Origin: Alloascoidea hylecoeti
Lineage: Eukaryota
Reading direction: 5' to 3'
DNA length: 64,000 bases
Assembly: GCA_001600815.1 (NCBI GenBank)
Contig: BCKZ01000017.1
Span: 411,970-475,969 of the forward strand
Shown: piece after piece, positions 1 through 11,892 of the stretch
How the letters are laid out: every line of letters starts with the position of its first letter
Numbering within the stretch: position 1 is the stretch's first letter
The notes under the pieces: generated by a model
What the model saw: the letters and a program-made list of their open reading frames with translations, nothing else
The model's database searches: none
Told to the model about the DNA's origin: nothing
Program-made: the position numbers and the translations under genes

Positions 1-397
1 TTTCGATCTTCTCAGCATTCAATTGTGAAGTAATGTTATTAATAGCTCTGATGGAGGCATCTCTTACCATTGGCTCTTCCATTGCTGCTAAAGCTTCTAG
101 ACACGGAATCAACACGGAAACGTGGTCTGGACCACCAACAGCAGGTAAAAAATCGGCAAGTTGGTCAGCTAAAACACATAAAACTTCATCTTCATCATCC
201 TCGGCGACGTCTTCCAGGAACGGGACAAGTTCACGTCGTGTTCTGTCGGGTCCTAGGGCGGTCGAAATGGTGGGAAGACGGGACATGGCCGTGACTCTCC
301 GGGAGACATCTTCATGTTTCAACTCGTCCATTAAAAGAGCCAAAGGATATAAATCCTCATCTTGAGGTTGGTTTTGTGGAGAGTATAACTCAGTCAT
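1..397 (-). CDS. TPD3: PP2A scaffold (A/PR65) subunit, 5' part; runs off the window edge
   Basis: Not in the ORF track. Manual translation from the ATG at 397 gives MTELYSPQNQPQDEDLYPLALLMDELKHEDVSRRVTAMSRLPTISTALGPDRTRRELVPFLEDVAEDDEDEVL...LAAMEEPMVRD, the characteristic first HEAT repeats of PP2A-A. Confidence 0.95.
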   Translation of the reverse strand, partial: MTELYSPQNQPQDEDLYPLALLMDELKHEDVSRRVTAMSRLPTISTALGPDRTRRELVPFLEDVAEDDEDEVLCVLADQLADFLPAVGGPDHVSVLIPCLEALAAMEEPMVRDASIRAINNITSQLNAEKIE

Positions 398-617
398 AGT
401 AAAAAAAGTTGTGATTGTTTTGAAAAAGAGTGAATAATAATTAAGGGATGAAATATCATCTTTTGCTTTGCTGGTGTTTGTGTGTACGGGTGTTCTACAA
501 ATAACATTAAAAAACATTTCAAAATTCAAACTAATTATAACAAATTTCAAACATATACAAAAAACAAAAAATATATGACAAATAACAAATAACATAAACA
601 TACACAAATTACTTAGA

Positions 618-1121
618 TTATAAATACATAACCCGTAAAGACGGTACATTATTTCTTTTCGACATACCCATCCCCAGATCAAACATTTTAGCATGTTCAG
701 CAATTTGTCTAATTCCATTAGTCCCAAACTTCCTAAACAAAACAAATGATATTAAAAATGTAATTATTCCCATTCTTTTAGCCATTGTTCCAAATGTTGA
801 TGCTCCGTGAGTTTTTAAAATACCAACTATTTCAAATATTTTCCTAAAAAATCTAATAACTGGATTTCCTGTTGTTGATGAATTATTTGATTTTCTTTTT
901 GGACGACCACGTAAAAATTCAGTTTCAAATCCACTTGTTGATCCATTATAATTATCATTTTCAATGTTAAATGGAGGTCGCAGCTTTTCATTAAAACTAC
1001 TATTACTGTTGTTGTTTGCTGAATATTGAGAATTGCTGTTATAATTATTTGATGGTTCATTCCAATTATTGTGATTATTAATACTATTATTACTATTATT
1101 ATTACTGTTAAAATTATTGTG

Positions 1122-1172
<51 letters not shown>

Positions 1173-2705
1173 TGGGAATTGTCCCCAATATTGTCCCTGA
1201 TTCCCCCAATCCCATTGATTTTGATTTTGATTTTGATTTCTAGCTATAAACATATCATTATTTGGGGTTTGTAAAGATTGAAATGGTACTGAATCCCTAG
1301 CTAGATTTGCATAAAAATCATTTGCTGTTCCTGATCCTTGTGATTGACTAGAAGTGATATTCACATTATTATTTTTATAATTAAGATTATTCATATCTTG
1401 AAATTGATCTTGACGATCAGTTGAAAAACCTGCTCTTTGTGATAATGAGCCACCAGAATTTTGAATAGAAAGAGAAGTTTTTCTTGATCCTTGTAATTGG
1501 AATGGTGGCTGAAGAACTTGTTGTGGTGTCTGAATTGATTCAGCTCTATTTCTATTTTTATTTCTTGCACTATAATTAGGTGATTGAAATTGAAATGGAG
1601 TTATACCTGATCCTCTTCTTACAGTTCCACTTGTATTTGTATTTGTATTTGTATATGGATTTGTATTTGTATATGGATTTGATCCTTGATCCAAAGTATC
1701 ATTATTATTGATCATAATACTATTATTGATATTATTACGTTTCAAATTTTGCACTTGTAATTGATTATTTGAATTACGGCTAGTACTTCTATCCCGTGCC
1801 GGTGTTTGTTGTTGTTCTTCTATAGATTCAATTCTTAAAGCATTAACAGCTTTAATAAACCTTTCTTTTTTTGAATTATCAATAAAGGCACTAACTTGAA
1901 CATATTCAATAGCATTATCATATAATTTTAATCTTGGTAATATATGTAAAATATATAATTCCAATAATTTATTATAATTAACCAATGCTTTATCATCAAG
2001 ATTAAATATTTCAATTGATTCTAAATATTTTTCTAATCTTGTTTTAATTAATGTATTTGTTGGATTACAATATCTGTATTCTAATAAAGTTATTGATACT
2101 GCAATTTCAGGATGAATATAATTTAATCCTCCACATACAAATTGTAATTGATCCCATAATTCATTGTTTGTTATTCTTGAAACCATGTTTAATCTTTCAT
2201 TTTCTGGCCATATGTCTAATGGTACATTATCATTATCAACTTTTGGTTGTGTTTGACGACTTGAACCAATAGAGCCACTTAAACCAGCATCATTATTATT
2301 ATTCTTAAGTGTATATTTTGCAGCAACATCCAATAAGGCAAAATAAAGACTCCATACTTTTAACCATAATTTTAAAGAAATATCACCAGCGGAATAATAT
2401 AGAGGAACAGATTCTAAAGTCTGAGATAACAAGTTCCAAGATTCAACGAACTTTTGGCCCATGAAAGCTCTAGCAGCAACACTATAACTTTTATCAATCA
2501 TTTTTTCTTGTGATACTGGAGGTCTATTTGGATTAGAACTAGGAGTGGCTGGTACTATTGAAGTTCTTCTTTCTGGTTGGCTTGTGTTTGAAGTATAGGG
2601 CTGTATAGGTGCATGAACCTCGTCATGATCATAATGATCATATTGACTGGATTTTGGAAGGGAAGTTTCTGTTTCTGATTCTGTTAGAGTATCTTTATCA
2701 CTCAT
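618..2705 (-). CDS. PEX26: Pex26-like peroxisomal tail-anchored protein, copy 1 (N/Q-rich linker)
   Basis: 695-aa ORF. Motifs YSVAARAF...KVWSLYFALL and KLLELYILHILPR...KERFIKAV resemble fungal Pex26. It has a C-terminal hydrophobic segment (MGIITFLISFVLF) and a terminal RVMYL similar to the KVSYI-type ends of fungal Pex26. Confidence 0.72.
1073..1171. repeat. (AAT/TTA)n trinucleotide microsatellite encoding poly-Asn in PEX26 copy 1
   Basis: Long run of tta units, read directly. Confidence 0.95.
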
Positions 2706-3226
2706 CTTTTTATGATATAAATGTGGTATAAGATTAAGTTGTAAATAATTTTAGATTTAAACCTAACTTTGTTTTGCAAATTTGGGAGGTTGGTTCCTTA
2801 AGTAACTGAATGAAGCAGGGTAATATCGTTTCGAAATTTAGAAAATAGAAAACAAAAAAATAAAAAGTTAACACCTTTAAATTGTTCAGTTGACGATATT
2901 CGTTAATTAAACACATTTGATAAATATATTGATGCTACTATTCTTTGGATAAAAGCTTTCCGATTGGTAATAACAATATTGCCACCATATCGAAATAGAT
3001 AAGTAATAACTAATTATTACTAAATCAAATATGAAAGAATCGCCAAGGCATGATTCTTGAATATTTTTTAATGACAATGGGTCATGAATCTTCATTATTA
3101 CATCTGATAGCTTGTTATTATTTAACTTGTAATGAAATTTTAAATAAATTATTTTATATTATATTACTACCGTTAACAAAAAAATCATAAAAGCAATATT
3201 TGCAAATTGTATATAATATATACTAT

Positions 3227-5167
3227 CTAAATATAAGTAACTCTTGGTGTTCTTCTACTATTAATTGGTTGAAGAGCATACATAGAAGAAGCTCTATTAT
3301 ATTTTGAAACTAAATCATTTATTTTTTTACCATTTTTAACTAATAAAAATGAAAAAATTAATGCTAATAATGCCATTCTTTTTGCAATTAATCCAATACA
3401 TGATGATCCTTTTGATTTTATAATTCCAATGAATTCAAATGCTTTTCTCATGAATGTCATTAATGGATTTTTAACACTTGGTGAATCATAACTTGAATAA
3501 TCACTTGTACTATCATGTCTTTTATTAGGACGGATATTACTAGGATATGTATTATGTTCACCTCCACTACTACTATCAAAAGATGTATCTTCTTGACGAT
3601 ATGGGAAATGACCTTGTTGATTATGACTAATATACGATTGTGATGCATTCCAACCAGCATCCATTGGTGGTTGCTGCCATGAATTAGGGACTGGGAATTG
3701 GCTTGGCCCTGGGAATGGTCCTGGTCCTGCCATTCTATCGTTATCATGTTCAAAATCAAGATTTTGAGGCCGCTGAGGTGGCCCTGTGGGAGGTCCAGGA
3801 TGTGGGAAAGTTGTCTCATTTTTATCATAATTATTATCATTTTCAAAGTCAGGTTTTTGCTGTGGTCGTGGTGGTGGTGGTCCTGTAGGAGGTCCAGGAT
3901 GCGGGAATTTATTTTCAATTTGATCATCAAAATCATATATATCATGATCATTACGGGCAGTATCTTTAAAAGGTGCATCATCTGTTAAATCATGTTGTGA
4001 TTGATTTCTTGGTTCTGTATTAACTGAATTATAAACAGCATTTATAGCAGCAGCCCCTAAAGCAGTACCAAGACCTAAACTAACACTAGAAGTTTCATTT
4101 GAATGGGAAGCTTCAGGTTGCTGTTGATTATCTCTAAAAGCATATGGATCATTTTTAATAACATCTTCATGTAATAAAATAGGAGCTTGTAAAGTTGTTG
4201 GAATACTTTCAATTGTTGGTTGTGTATGAGGTACTGTTTCAATACTAACATTTGAATCATGATTTGTAGCTTGAGCAGATATAGTTAAATTTTGAATATA
4301 TTTTTTTTTAGTATCATCATCTAAAATTTTATTCGATTTAATAAAATCAATTGCTTCATCATTTAAACCTAATCTTAATAATACACTATAAATATATTTT
4401 TCAATCAATTTATTATAAAATTTAAAAGCTTTTTCATCAGTTTCTTTTAAATCTATAATTTTACCAGTTTCATTATCAGGAATTTCTAAAGATTTTAAAT
4501 AATCATATAATCTTTTTTTTAAAATTGTTTTTATAATTTCATTATTACAAAATCTTAATTGTAATGCAGTTATTGAATGAGCAATTTCAGGATGAATATG
4601 TTTTAAATCTCCACAAACTAAACATAATTGTTTCCATAATTCATCACTTGTTATTCTTGATATTAATTCTAATCTTTCATTTCTTGGCCAGATATCAGAT
4701 AATGGTACAGATTGAATATCTTCTTCTAAAGTTCGAGATTCTTCCATTAATGCCCCTGTAACTTTATTATACTGATTTTGAGTAATTGTAAATTTAGCTG
4801 CTATATCTAATAATGCAAAATATAGAGCCCACATTTTTAAAAAAGTCTTTGTTGATAATTGACCAGCAGAATAAACTAAAGGAGCATATTCTAAAATAGG
4901 TGTTAACAAATTCCATGATTGTATGAATTTTTTGGTTATACAATACTTAGCTGCAGTAGTATATAATTTATTAAGTCTTGTATCTTGTGATGTAGCAAGA
5001 GATGTTTGAGTGATTGAAGAATAAGAAGATAAATGAGTAGAAGTTGAACCTATTGTTGTACTAGAAGCAGCATTGGCACTGGAAAGATAAAAACTATCGG
5101 CAGCACTTGTACCGGCTATCATGTCTTGAGCAGACGTATCAGGATGTGTTGATGAGGTTGTACTCAT
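3227..5167 (-). CDS. PEX26: Pex26-like protein, copy 2 (Pro-rich linker)
   Basis: Paralogous to 618-2705: LYTTAAKY..KKFIQSWNLL, KMWALYFALLD, DIWP.NERL, IHPEIA, C-terminal TM and RVTYI end. The first ATG is at 5167; the track start at 5176 is TTG. Confidence 0.72.
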   Translation of the reverse strand: MSTTSSTHPDTSAQDMIAGTSAADSFYLSSANAASSTTIGSTSTHLSSYSSITQTSLATSQDTRLNKLYTTAAKYCITKKFIQSWNLLTPILEYAPLVYSAGQLSTKTFLKMWALYFALLDIAAKFTITQNQYNKVTGALMEESRTLEEDIQSVPLSDIWPRNERLELISRITSDELWKQLCLVCGDLKHIHPEIAHSITALQLRFCNNEIIKTILKKRLYDYLKSLEIPDNETGKIIDLKETDEKAFKFYNKLIEKYIYSVLLRLGLNDEAIDFIKSNKILDDDTKKKYIQNLTISAQATNHDSNVSIETVPHTQPTIESIPTTLQAPILLHEDVIKNDPYAFRDNQQQPEASHSNETSSVSLGLGTALGAAAINAVYNSVNTEPRNQSQHDLTDDAPFKDTARNDHDIYDFDDQIENKFPHPGPPTGPPPPRPQQKPDFENDNNYDKNETTFPHPGPPTGPPQRPQNLDFEHDNDRMAGPGPFPGPSQFPVPNSWQQPPMDAGWNASQSYISHNQQGHFPYRQEDTSFDSSSGGEHNTYPSNIRPNKRHDSTSDYSSYDSPSVKNPLMTFMRKAFEFIGIIKSKGSSCIGLIAKRMALLALIFSFLLVKNGKKINDLVSKYNRASSMYALQPINSRRTPRVTYI

Positions 5168-5426
5168 ACTTATCAATTTACCTAATCAAAATCTACTGTG
5201 TTATATTTATAAAATTTTAAACCATATAATTATATACCGAATATAAATGGAAAAGTGAAAAAGGAAGAAAATGAAAAATGGAAAATGGAAAAAAGTTTTG
5301 GAGAAGAAATATTTAAGGAGGTTGGTCACTGTTAAGTTAAATTAATTGATGGTAACATAAATTACATGAGACACACTAACTACCAAACACTTGTCGTATA
5401 ACTATGCCACCCGCACTAAATACCAT

Positions 5427-5474
5427 TCAAATTCAAATCCAAATCCAAATCCAAATCCAAATCCAAATCCAAAT
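5427..5474. repeat. (CAAATC)n hexanucleotide microsatellite
   Basis: caaattcaaatccaaatccaaatcc... read directly. Confidence 0.9.
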
Positions 5475-6386
5475 ATTGCACCTGAACTCTTTATAACCAA
5501 AAGCTCGCAATCAGAAGTACAAGTTCAACTTTGCCGCGATAATCGTGTTCATGGTTGATGCACTATTTATGGGCCACAGAACACAAACACGGAGGCATTA
5601 TAATTAACGGTTTGGATCGTACAGCAGCAAGACAGCTAACGTTTATTTGGTGTTCACGCTGGTCCATATTTAGTATACACCATGGCCAGAAACACCGTTA
5701 AAATTAAATAGAATTCAAGTCTCGAGATAGTTCTCTGTTTATGTGTAATATTCAGCAATCCCCACCAGTTTTGATATTAACTATTATGTATATTAAACAT
5801 CTTATACTACTATGTTTGAGCTAATCACTGTAAAACATAATTGCGACTTGTAAAATTGTATGAGCGTAGAATTCGAAGCACACCAACAGTACAAAATAGT
5901 CACTCGTTTCAATGTTTTGGTTTTCGTATCATTTCCAATTACAATTGGGCCTACTAGCTGGCAAAAAAGAGGATCATTAAAAACCGTTGAGATTTCGAGT
6001 GAACGTATACTTCAAGCATAATAATAAAGCTAAGAATATACAAAAGGTGCTGAAAATGAAAAGAATGAACAACTATCAAATAAAAATTCATAAATAATTA
6101 ATTAATTACAATTGGAATTATGTGTCTCAAACTCGCGTATCTGCAGAATTAAATTCTAGATCTTATATAAGCTTTTTTGTATGTCCGATAACTGTGAGAC
6201 TAGCGCTAGAATAATTTGGAATGAGATATCTATAGGCTTCATGAAAAGGGAGGATCTGTATTCGTGCTAAACTGAACCACCCTCTATGTTGGAGATATAT
6301 GTTAGATATAACATGCAAGTTGCTGACACGGAATAATCAGATTACTATATGGGCCGAGGTTGAGATACGCAGATGTTTAAATGAAG

Positions 6387-6446
6387 TGTCAATAACTGTC
6401 AGTTGTCAATAACTGTCAGTTGTCAATAACTGTCAGTTGTCAATAA
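6387..6446. repeat. 17-bp tandem repeat TGTCAATAACTGTCAGT, 3.5 copies
   Basis: Exact units at 6387, 6404 and 6421, plus a partial unit at 6438. Confidence 0.95.
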
Positions 6447-7490
6447 AGTATAATTGAGAACGAATAATAATAAACATAAAAGAAGAATTTTAAACACGAA
6501 GACAGATAATAGAGCTTGTGGATTTAAGTTTGGTAAATGCAGGTACACATGCATATTGGATTTTCATGTTTCATATAACAATTGGCCTAGCGGCGGCAAC
6601 AACCATTAACTGTAATTATGATTTTATTGACATATTAAATCTTTGGTTTTACGAATATCATATTTTATACTTAATCATACGCATTCTTGTTTTAAACAAA
6701 AATATTATAAATTATATCCAATTAGATCTTAGTGGTGAATTGACATGACGAATAATCAGACAACAACCATCTTTATTCTTTTACTTTAACTTTCACTTTT
6801 TATTCATTCTTTTATTTCAAAAACCTTCATTTTATATTATCTTTAGTAGATAAACTTTGAATAGTCACTCCTTTAATTCCATTCATACTATAAGAACCTT
6901 TTTGAATCCGGTTTAATACCTTATAATTTAGAATATAACCTGACAACTATTACCCCTGACTGAAAATTTGTACCTCTTCAAATTTGTTGAATTAATCTCC
7001 ATAGCTAATAATATATAATAGCTCTTCATTCCTTTGGTTAAACAGTTAATGCCATTCATTCATTTATGATTAAGACATCATTCCTTCAGGCGAAATTTAT
7101 CAGAATTATCAAAAAAAGTTTAGCACATTATATTTAAAAAAGAGAGACATAAACATTAAAGACATTAAGCAACACTTCAAGCTTGCAGGAACAAGAAACA
7201 ATACAGTCATTAAAGTATTGTAATCATCAAATTCTTAAAGCTCTAAATATAAAATAAAGAGCTTACATATATACAATTATATATCACTTTTTCTTTTAAA
7301 AAAAAAAGATTTATATTGGCTGGCCCAACAATAAACTCAAAAAATTTATTCTGATCCATACAACAACATCATTGCAGCATTTAAATTTCTAAATTCAACC
7401 AATAAAGTTAATAACACTCTGGCGCTCCAGGTAATTTTAGAAATTTATAAAAAAGATTTATTAAGATCGACAAATCTTAAGTTTACAATA

Positions 7491-8828
7491 ATGAAAAATT
7501 CAAATAATATTCATGATCTTGGTGATGAATATGGATACAATCAATTATTAAATGAACATAATACAAATTCAAACATTATAACGAATTCTTCAACTATAAG
7601 TATAACAACAAATAAATCAATTTTAAATTCAAATAATATTGATTTATACCCAACAACTTCAAAAACTTCAACAACAATATCAAGATCTTCAAAAACTTTA
7701 AAAACTTTAAAAACTTTAAATGCTTTAAAACCTTCAAAAACTTTAAACACATCAAAAACCTCAAAAACTTTTGAAACAAGAGATGATACTAGTAATAATG
7801 TTTTATCAAATAAAATACCCAATCTATTTAAAAGATGTGTTACTTGTAATGATACAGATTTATCTTGTCCTACATGTTCAGCAGGACAAAGCTGTGTAAT
7901 GATATCACAAACATGTGATTCATGTGCAAAAGTGTATTGTCAAGCTGATTCAGCAGTTACAAGTACAAATACATCAGTAGTAACTTCAACGGCTTCAGAA
8001 GGATATAATAAAAGTACAAATATTGGTGCAATTATTGGTGGAGTTATAGGTGGGGTTGCAGTAATTACTTTAATAATATGTTTTTTCATATGGAGACATT
8101 ATAGATTACGGAAAAAGATAGAAAAAGGTGAGGTTACTATTGATGTTCAAGATACTAATATTAATGGAAATTCAAACACAATTGGAAATCTAGGAAAATT
8201 AGAAAGAGGAGAATTAGTTCAAATTAGAGCAAGTCATGGAATGGGACAAAAAAATGAAATTGTTAACAAAAGAAATACAGAAGAAGAAATAGATGAAGGA
8301 GATATTTCAAGAGATACAACAACATCAACAATTTTATCACATGCATCGAATATTTTACCCATTGCTTATATACCCGGAGTTACAATACGACCAGATTCAT
8401 CATTTACTGCAACAAATAGTAATTTAAATAATGATATTTCAACATCTGGATTGAAAAGTCCTGGAGTTGATTCATTTATATCAAGAGATTCGGTAAATAC
8501 CAATTTTTCAAGTGATTTCGATTACATTACAGTTGATAAAAATAACAATACAACTACTGTTGATAAACCGGTTTATTCAAATGCAAAGGCTACGATTAAG
8601 GTAGTTCAGGTCTCAGATGGTAGTTCTCAACATCCAAACCCCATTAAAGTAGTTAGAATTGGAAAGAGTAAAGGTAGCAGTAATGCTCGAACTCATGAGA
8701 TAATCGAAGAAGAAAATGAAGATATGGAGATTGATGAGATAGAAGGTCCAAACACCAGTACTCCACTACAAGATATCGAAGAAGAAGAAGAAGAGAAGTT
8801 TAAAGGAAAGGGAAAAGACAAAGTTTAA
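7491..8828 (+). CDS. OPY2: Opy2-like single-pass membrane anchor (HOG/filamentation signalling)
   Basis: 8-Cys domain CVTCNDTDLSCPTCSAGQSCVMISQTCDSCAKVYC, Ser/Thr linker, TM (GAIIGGVIGGVAVITLIICFFIW) and cytoplasmic ASNILPIAYIPGVT motif. Confidence 0.85.
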   Translation: MKNSNNIHDLGDEYGYNQLLNEHNTNSNIITNSSTISITTNKSILNSNNIDLYPTTSKTSTTISRSSKTLKTLKTLNALKPSKTLNTSKTSKTFETRDDTSNNVLSNKIPNLFKRCVTCNDTDLSCPTCSAGQSCVMISQTCDSCAKVYCQADSAVTSTNTSVVTSTASEGYNKSTNIGAIIGGVIGGVAVITLIICFFIWRHYRLRKKIEKGEVTIDVQDTNINGNSNTIGNLGKLERGELVQIRASHGMGQKNEIVNKRNTEEEIDEGDISRDTTTSTILSHASNILPIAYIPGVTIRPDSSFTATNSNLNNDISTSGLKSPGVDSFISRDSVNTNFSSDFDYITVDKNNNTTTVDKPVYSNAKATIKVVQVSDGSSQHPNPIKVVRIGKSKGSSNARTHEIIEEENEDMEIDEIEGPNTSTPLQDIEEEEEEKFKGKGKDKV

Positions 8829-9083
8829 GTTATTATGTAAACAATATATTTGACGATTATGTAATCTCATAGCACGTGTGCTGACTAAGATCCGGGTAAA
8901 TGCAACCCGATGGAGTGAAGCCCGACGCTGCGGGTAGCTGTTGAGTCGGACCATGCGCAACTTTTGATATAAAAAGCCACATTTGCTCATTTTCCCGTTT
9001 CTTTTTTAAAAACTTCAGCATTCTCCTTTTTGCTTTTCCCCAATCAATTCACTCAATTAATCAGTCAATTCAAATAAGAAATA

Positions 9084-11210
9084 ATGTCGTTTAGTGAAGT
9101 TGATGTTAAAGCAATTAACACTATCAGACTTTTAGCTGTATGTTACCAAAAATATTATTAATATTACTCATGAAAACCGATCGTTCCTTGTTAACCTTCT
9201 TTTTATTTGATTTTGATGTAGGTTGATGCCACCGCAAAAGCAAACTCTGGACATCCAGGTGCCCCAATGGGTTTAGCACCAGTTGCCCATGTCTTATGGA
9301 AATATTTCCTTAATTTTAATGCAAAGGATCCAGAATGGATTAATAGAGATAGATTTGTTTTATCCAATGGTCATGCTGTAATGTTACATTATGCTTTATT
9401 AAATTTATTCGGTTATCCTTTGTTAATAGATGATTTGAAACATTTCCGTCAATTAAATTCTTTAACCCCTGGTCATCCAGAACGTGAAACTCCTGGAATT
9501 GAAGTAACAACTGGCCCTTTGGGTCAAGGTATTTCAAACGCCGTCGGAATTGCAATTGCTGAAAGTCATTTAGCTGCCACTTATAACAGACCAAATTATG
9601 AATTGATTAATTCCTATACTTATTCAATCTTAGGTGATGGTTGTTTAATGGAAGGTATTGCTTCTGAAGCTGCTTCATTAGCTGGTCATTTACAATTAGG
9701 TAACTTAATTGCTGTTTATGATGATAATAGTATCTCAATTGATGGTAGTACCGAAGTCGCCTTTACTGAAGATGTCACCAAAAGATTTGAAGCTTATGGA
9801 TGGCAAGTTATTTGGGTTAAAGATGGTGATAGTGATTTAGAAGGAATTGCAAATGCTTTTAAACAAGCTAAATTAAATAAAAATCAACCAACTTTAATTA
9901 GATTAACAACAACAATTGGTTTTGGTTCTTTATTACAAGGTACACATGGTGTTCATGGAAGTCCATTAAAAGCTGATGATATTAAACAAGTTAAAAATAA
10001 ATTTGGTTTTGATCCTGAAAAATCTTTTTATGTTCCTGATGAAGTTAAATCTCTATATGAATCAAAAGCTGATGAAGGTGCTAAATTACAAAGTGATTGG
10101 GTTAAATTATTTAATGATTATAAAAATGAATATCCTGAATTAGGTCAAGAATTACAAAGAAGAATTAATCAAGAATTACCAAAAGATTGGGAAAAATTCT
10201 TACCAACTTATAAACCAACTGATTCTGCTATTGCTTCAAGAAAATTATCTGAAATTGTTTTACAAAATCTTCATCAAGCTTTACCTGAACTAGTTGGTGG
10301 TTCTGCTGATTTAACTGGTTCAAATTTAACAAGATGGAAAGAAGCTGTTGATTTCCAAGCTCCAGAAACTAAACTTGGTGATTATAGTGGTAGATATATC
10401 AGATATGGTGTTAGAGAACATGCTATGGGAGCAATAATGAATGGTATTCATTCATATGGTGGTATTATACCATATGGTGGAACATTCTTAAACTTTGTTT
10501 CTTATGCTTCCGGTGCCCTCAGATTAAGTGCTTTATCACATCATCAAGTTATTTGGGTTGCAACACATGATTCAATTGGTCTTGGTGAAGATGGTCCAAC
10601 CCATCAACCTATTGAAACATTAGCTCATTTTAGAGCTATTCCAAATTTACAAGTTTGGAGACCTGCTGATGGTAATGAGACATCTGCTGCTTACTACCAA
10701 TCAATAATAACAAGAACTTCTCCATCTGTTATTGCTTTAACAAGACAAAACTTGCCACAATTGGAAGGTTCAAGTATTGAAAAAGCATCAAAAGGTGGTT
10801 ATACATTAATTGGTTATGAAAACCCTGATATTATTTTAGTAGCAACAGGTTCTGAAGTTAGTTTAGCAGTTGACACATCAAAAGCATTGTCTGAAAATGG
10901 TCGTAAAATTGGTGTTGTATCTTTACCTGATTGGTTTACATTTGATAAACAACCAAAAGATTATAGATTAAGTGTTTTACCGGATAATGTTCCAATTCTT
11001 TCAATTGAAGTTATGACAACAATTGGTTGGGATAGATATTCTCATGAACAATTTGGTATTAATACTTTTGGCAAATCTGGTCCTGCTAAAGAAGTTTATG
11101 ATTTCTTTGAATTTAACGTTGAAGGTGTTTCAAAACGTGCTGAAAAGATTATTGAAGGTTATAAAGGTGTTTCATTAAAGAGTCCTTTAAATAAAGTATT
11201 GTTATCTTAA
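9084..11210 (+). CDS. TKL1: Transketolase; exon 1 9084-9137, intron 9138-9221, exon 2 9222-11210
   Basis: Splicing GTATGT...TAG gives in-frame MSFSEVDVKAINTIRLLA|VDATAKANSGHPGAPMG. ThDP motif GDGCLMEG and GEDGPTHQP are present. Confidence 0.97.
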
Positions 11211-11892
11211 ATGAGAATATTATATAACCAATTGCAATTGGAGGATGAACATTTTTTGTTAATCTCTTATATTTTTGTTTGTTTTTTTTGTTAGTTAATA
11301 AGACAATACAATACCAATTTACAATTGCTAGATTAAGTGATAGATATATATATATGAATTAGATATGAATTAGATATGAAAATGAGATAGTATATAAATA
11401 CATAGAGCTATAAATTTATTTTTGCTTTTACAAACTTTATGATTAGAAGATTTAAATTATCGATTATGTTTCAATTAAATAAGATCAAACAAATCTTTGT
11501 ATTGAGAAATATATATTTGTTATTCCTAAGATCCCGAATAAAACCCATTTTCATTGCTCCTCTATTCTAAATCTGATGATCTATCATGATCAGATCTACT
11601 GATCATGGGTTAAGGTTTGCAACAAGGTTATCTTTTTAATAACACTTTATAAAAGACTCAATATCACATGATATGGAACAATACCAATTTTGGATGACTG
11701 TTATAAACATGGAGAATTTTTTATTTCCTGTTTCATTCCTTAATTCACTTCTTAAACATTTTTCTTTTGTTTCTTACTGATTTGCCTCCGAGGATTATAA
11801 AAATCAACCGAGGGATTTTTTATTTCCAGTTTAGAAGAAAAAACATTGTTTGTTTTGTGTTCTGCACGTATAAGCAGTCAGTACATTAATTA

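Noticed and set aside
33..365. Plus-strand ORFs 33-365 and 70-294
   Set aside because: Antisense shadows of TPD3.
1071..1274. Poly-Ile hydrophobic ORF
   Set aside because: Antisense reading of the poly-Asn microsatellite.
6387..6446. 17-bp repeats as a CRISPR array or telomeric repeat
   Set aside because: No spacers, eukaryotic context, internal position and only 3.5 copies.
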